Shown here piece by piece: positions 60,778 to 64,000 of a DNA stretch of 64,000 bases. Both the position numbers and the translations under genes were made by a program. The stretch spans positions 8,370,001 to 8,434,000 of the forward strand of contig OY740813.1 of NCBI GenBank assembly GCA_963514005.1, read 5' to 3'. Each line of letters starts with the position of its first letter. Within the stretch, counting starts at the first letter, position 1. The notes under the pieces were generated by a model that made no database searches, was not told the origin of the DNA, and saw only the letters and a program-made list of their open reading frames with translations. This stretch comes from Raja brachyura (lineage: Eukaryota).

Positions 60778-61887
60778 AGAAATCTAAAACGAAACCTGGA
60801 ATAAATAATATTGTAAACCCTTCATAGGGATGGGTGCAGGTGATGTGTTCTGGGCAAATACAGGTGATTAAACCAGACCGATGTACGTTTAAAAACATTA
60901 AATTGTAAGGGCTCCATGACAGGACAATTTTTGAGCTGCAAACCTCATTGAGGTGCCTTGGGATTGAAAATGACCCTGTATAAAATACAATGTTTTTTCT
61001 AGACATTGGGAGGTGCTGTATGTGGAGGGCTTGCAGTCACATTGCATTGCGATTTAACAAGAAACGCGTCCCTTTGCATGTGACTGTAAACGTGAGAATG
61101 TCTACCGTGAAGTCAAAATGGCGCAAGCAGATAATGGCACACCCAGAAGAGCCCAGCTCAACATGTTAGGTCGGCGGTAGCATTTGTTTCAAAACAGCAA
61201 AAATGTACTTGAAGTTTTTTTCTTTGGAGGGGGGGATTTCCGAGGGAGGGTTAACAGATAGAAATAATTAAAATATTGACTCTGACCATTTGTATTTAGG
61301 TAATATATAAGGCTGTTGTAAAAGAGTACTGTATAGCCAGATCCACCTGTTGTACATTAATACTTTGAAATATCTGGAGTACTGTGTGAATAAATTTTAG
61401 AGATGTAATATAGAAGTTCTCTCTCTCGCTCTCTCTCTTATTCTGGAAAATGGCGCGACCGACATGGCAGGAGGTGGTTAGAAATGTCTAACTACTTGAA
61501 GGGAGTGGGGGGCAGGGGCCTCAAACTAAAAGCCCCTCAAATTCAACAGTATTCCGAAGGTGATATGCAAATTTGTATGTTAGGTAGCAACATACAAAAT
61601 CACCATGAAAATACAGTGCAATTTTGGAATCGTAATGTACAGAATGAAATCAGCTGATCTAATGCCCTTCAATGTGATTTTCTTCCCCCCCCTCCCCCCT
61701 TTCTTTACCCTCTTGCCTCCAACCTAACCCCCAGACCCACTGTCTTTAACTGTATCCCAATGTTGCTACTTTTTGATTCCAAAGAATTACTTTCTCTTGT
61801 GAAGACTGCACAGTATTTCAAATTCGGAGGCTTTCTTGCCTAAGGAGTTTATTTTCTTATGTTTTAAGGATGCACACTGTAAAATGA

Positions 61888-61893
61888 AATAAA
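61888..61893 (+). terminator. Candidate polyadenylation signal of SEC16A (alternatives at 60773, 60800, 61389, 62136)
   Basis: AATAAA at the end of a repeat-free AT-rich stretch after the stop codon, followed by T/GT-rich sequence. Confidence 0.45.
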
Positions 61894-62404
61894 ATATTTT
61901 GCGTTCTGGAACACTTTTAACCATTTGCTGGGACTGCATTTTGTTGTAAGACAGTGGCTGCACTTCCATCGATTCCCCATGTAAACCCAGCTGCCCTTGG
62001 AACAGCAGTACACATGCACAACGAAAGGTGCAGACCTCCTATTAGTTGCAATGTATTAACAGTGCAAAGCCCTGGAGAGAATTCAAGAGAAATTTACTAC
62101 AACCAGAGGATTTGGCTACGAGAAACTATGGTTCAAATAAATATCTTGTTCAGGAATGTATGAGGGACGATTCAAAATTGAGACCTTTATGACATAAAAA
62201 TCTAGTTCCAAACAGCTCCCGAATGAAGGAAAACTAATATGCACAAAAAAAAATCACCCTCTGTTGGATCTAGATGCTGGTGATGATAAGGAGTTAGATG
62301 ATGTAAAGGCTCTAAGAGGAGGTGCATACATATGAGGGCAGCATAGATGGTGCTCTTTGCAAACATTAAACCAAAGCAGTAACAATTCAGATCGATGTTA
62401 ATTA

Positions 62405-63140
62405 GTCATTGCCTCACTGAGTCAGAGGCCCAGGCTCAATCTTGACCTCAAGTGCAATGCTATTTTGTGTGTATTAATAAGTTTATTGGCTAAGTATGTA
62501 CACGTACAAGAAATTTGCCTTGGTGCACCACTCTCAAGTAACAAGGCGACATACAGTATACCATTAAGAATAAAATATAAAACATTAAGAATAAAACATT
62601 ATAGTTTAATCATGTGAATGATATAAAATACCAGAACAAAAGGAGGCTACGAACTTTTGGTTATTGAGTAGAGCTATTGCTCGTGGGGGGAAAAAAGCTG
62701 TTTTTATGTCTGGCTTTGACGGTCCGAAGTCGCCTTCCAGAGGGAAGTGCTTCAAAGAGTTTGTGGCCAGGGTCAGAGAAGTCAGTGATGATCTTATCCG
62801 CTCTCTTCATGGCAATTGCAGTGTACAGTTCGTCAATGGGGGGGGGGGGGGGGGGGCCCAACAACCTTCTCAGCTGATCGAACGATTCGCAGCAGCCTGT
62901 GGAGTTCGCATGTTCTCTCTGTGATCTCTCTGGTTTCATCCCACATCCTAAAGGCACGCAGGTTGATCGGCAAAATGGCCAGTGCAAATTGCGCTTACTG
63001 TGTAGGTGACTTGTAGCACCCTGAGAGCGGGAGACAAGAATGTGGAGCGAATACTAAGTGGGATTAATGAACGGGTTGCTTGATGGATGGTGCAGATTGG
63101 TGAGTTGGTGAGAAGCCTTCTTTTGAGTGCTGCATCTCTA
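62405..63140 (+). mobile_element. HE1-type SINE split by an antisense Rex1-like fragment (about 62475-62900)
   Basis: SINE head ends near 62460 and resumes tgtggagttcgcatgttctc near 62898; insert reads DPGHKLFEALPSGRRLRTVKA on the minus strand. Confidence 0.75.
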
Positions 63141-64000
63141 TAACTGAGATAAGAGGGGACAGATTAAATGACTATTATGCTTTGTGCTATTAATGTAAAT
63201 TACTTTGTGCGGTGGCTTTTGGTGGAATTTGTGTTGTATCTCTAGATGCAATACTTAAAAGTCTGAATATCAAACTGCAGATGCTGGAAAACCAAAACAA
63301 AATCAGAATGCTGGAAACACTCAGCATCAGTTGAAAGGAAGGTTGCAACATGTCCAGGTGCAGTATGAAGGAACATCATCTTAATTCCTGTCTGGCCACT
63401 TGAAGTCTTTCACACTTGATAGCAAATTCTCTAACATTAGCTGACTTGCATTCTCTATCTATCCAAAGTGGCCCGTCCTGCTGTAAGTCATCCATTTTTT
63501 TCCCTTCATAAGTGCATCTTAACTTGTTCAGCATGTCCCCCACACCCCTGCTGTGTGCAACACATTTTATCCCTGCCTCTCTCATTGAATGAAGGACCTA
63601 GATAACATACCACCTGGCAATCTGGGCCTTGCCTATTAGATTCACTTTTTTCCAATCTACCCTTCCTTCCCTCACACTCTCTGCAACTTGTCCAAATTTG
63701 TTTCACCCTCTTTCTTTCTGTTCCGAGTAAGGATCTGTCTCTCCTGCCCCAGAATGGCACCTGCATTTGTATTTCCACCATTTTGTTACAATTAAAAGTT
63801 GAGTCATTTTATATTTGCAATTTATTTTTCAAACAATCCCTTCCATCTCATTCCCAAGTTATTCTTGTAATCTATTCTCTTACATGAGTTGATCTACCAT
63901 GTTTCTAGCACCCACCTACTCTAGAGATAAATTACTAGTCATTTAACCTACGAATCATCTGTGGGTGGTGGAGGAAAACACAGAACCCACTGAAGTTTGT

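Overview
Vertebrate genomic DNA. The repeat families (HE1-type tRNA/V-SINEs, HER1/CR1 LINEs, Rex1-like LINEs, Penelope-derived elements) point to a cartilaginous fish, probably a skate or ray; this is inference. The window holds one complete plus-strand gene, SEC16A (COPII/ER-exit-site scaffold). It has a CpG-island promoter at about 5.0-5.2 kb, a probable non-coding first exon ending at 5199, and 29 coding exons from ATG 18501 to TAA 60777. I joined these by hand into one phase-consistent GT-AG chain of 6870 nt (2289 aa), followed by a 3' UTR to about 61.9-62.2 kb. The introns are dense with transposon remnants, and there is a 427-N gap at 5594-6020. The most notable signal is about ten short, self-complementary (fold-back) Penelope-derived elements. 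They carry a minimal type-I hammerhead ribozyme core (CUGAAGA-A-stem II-GAAAC-GUC), and some are flanked by long target-site duplications. Other observations: a GC-rich non-autonomous retroelement family with a covarying RNA hairpin; a splice-junction-spanning uORF; apparent absence of the mammalian C-terminal cassette exons; a 48-nt cassette exon duplicating an RxRxxS motif; and several nested insertions. Repeat boundaries are approximate, and family names come from recognition, not database searches.
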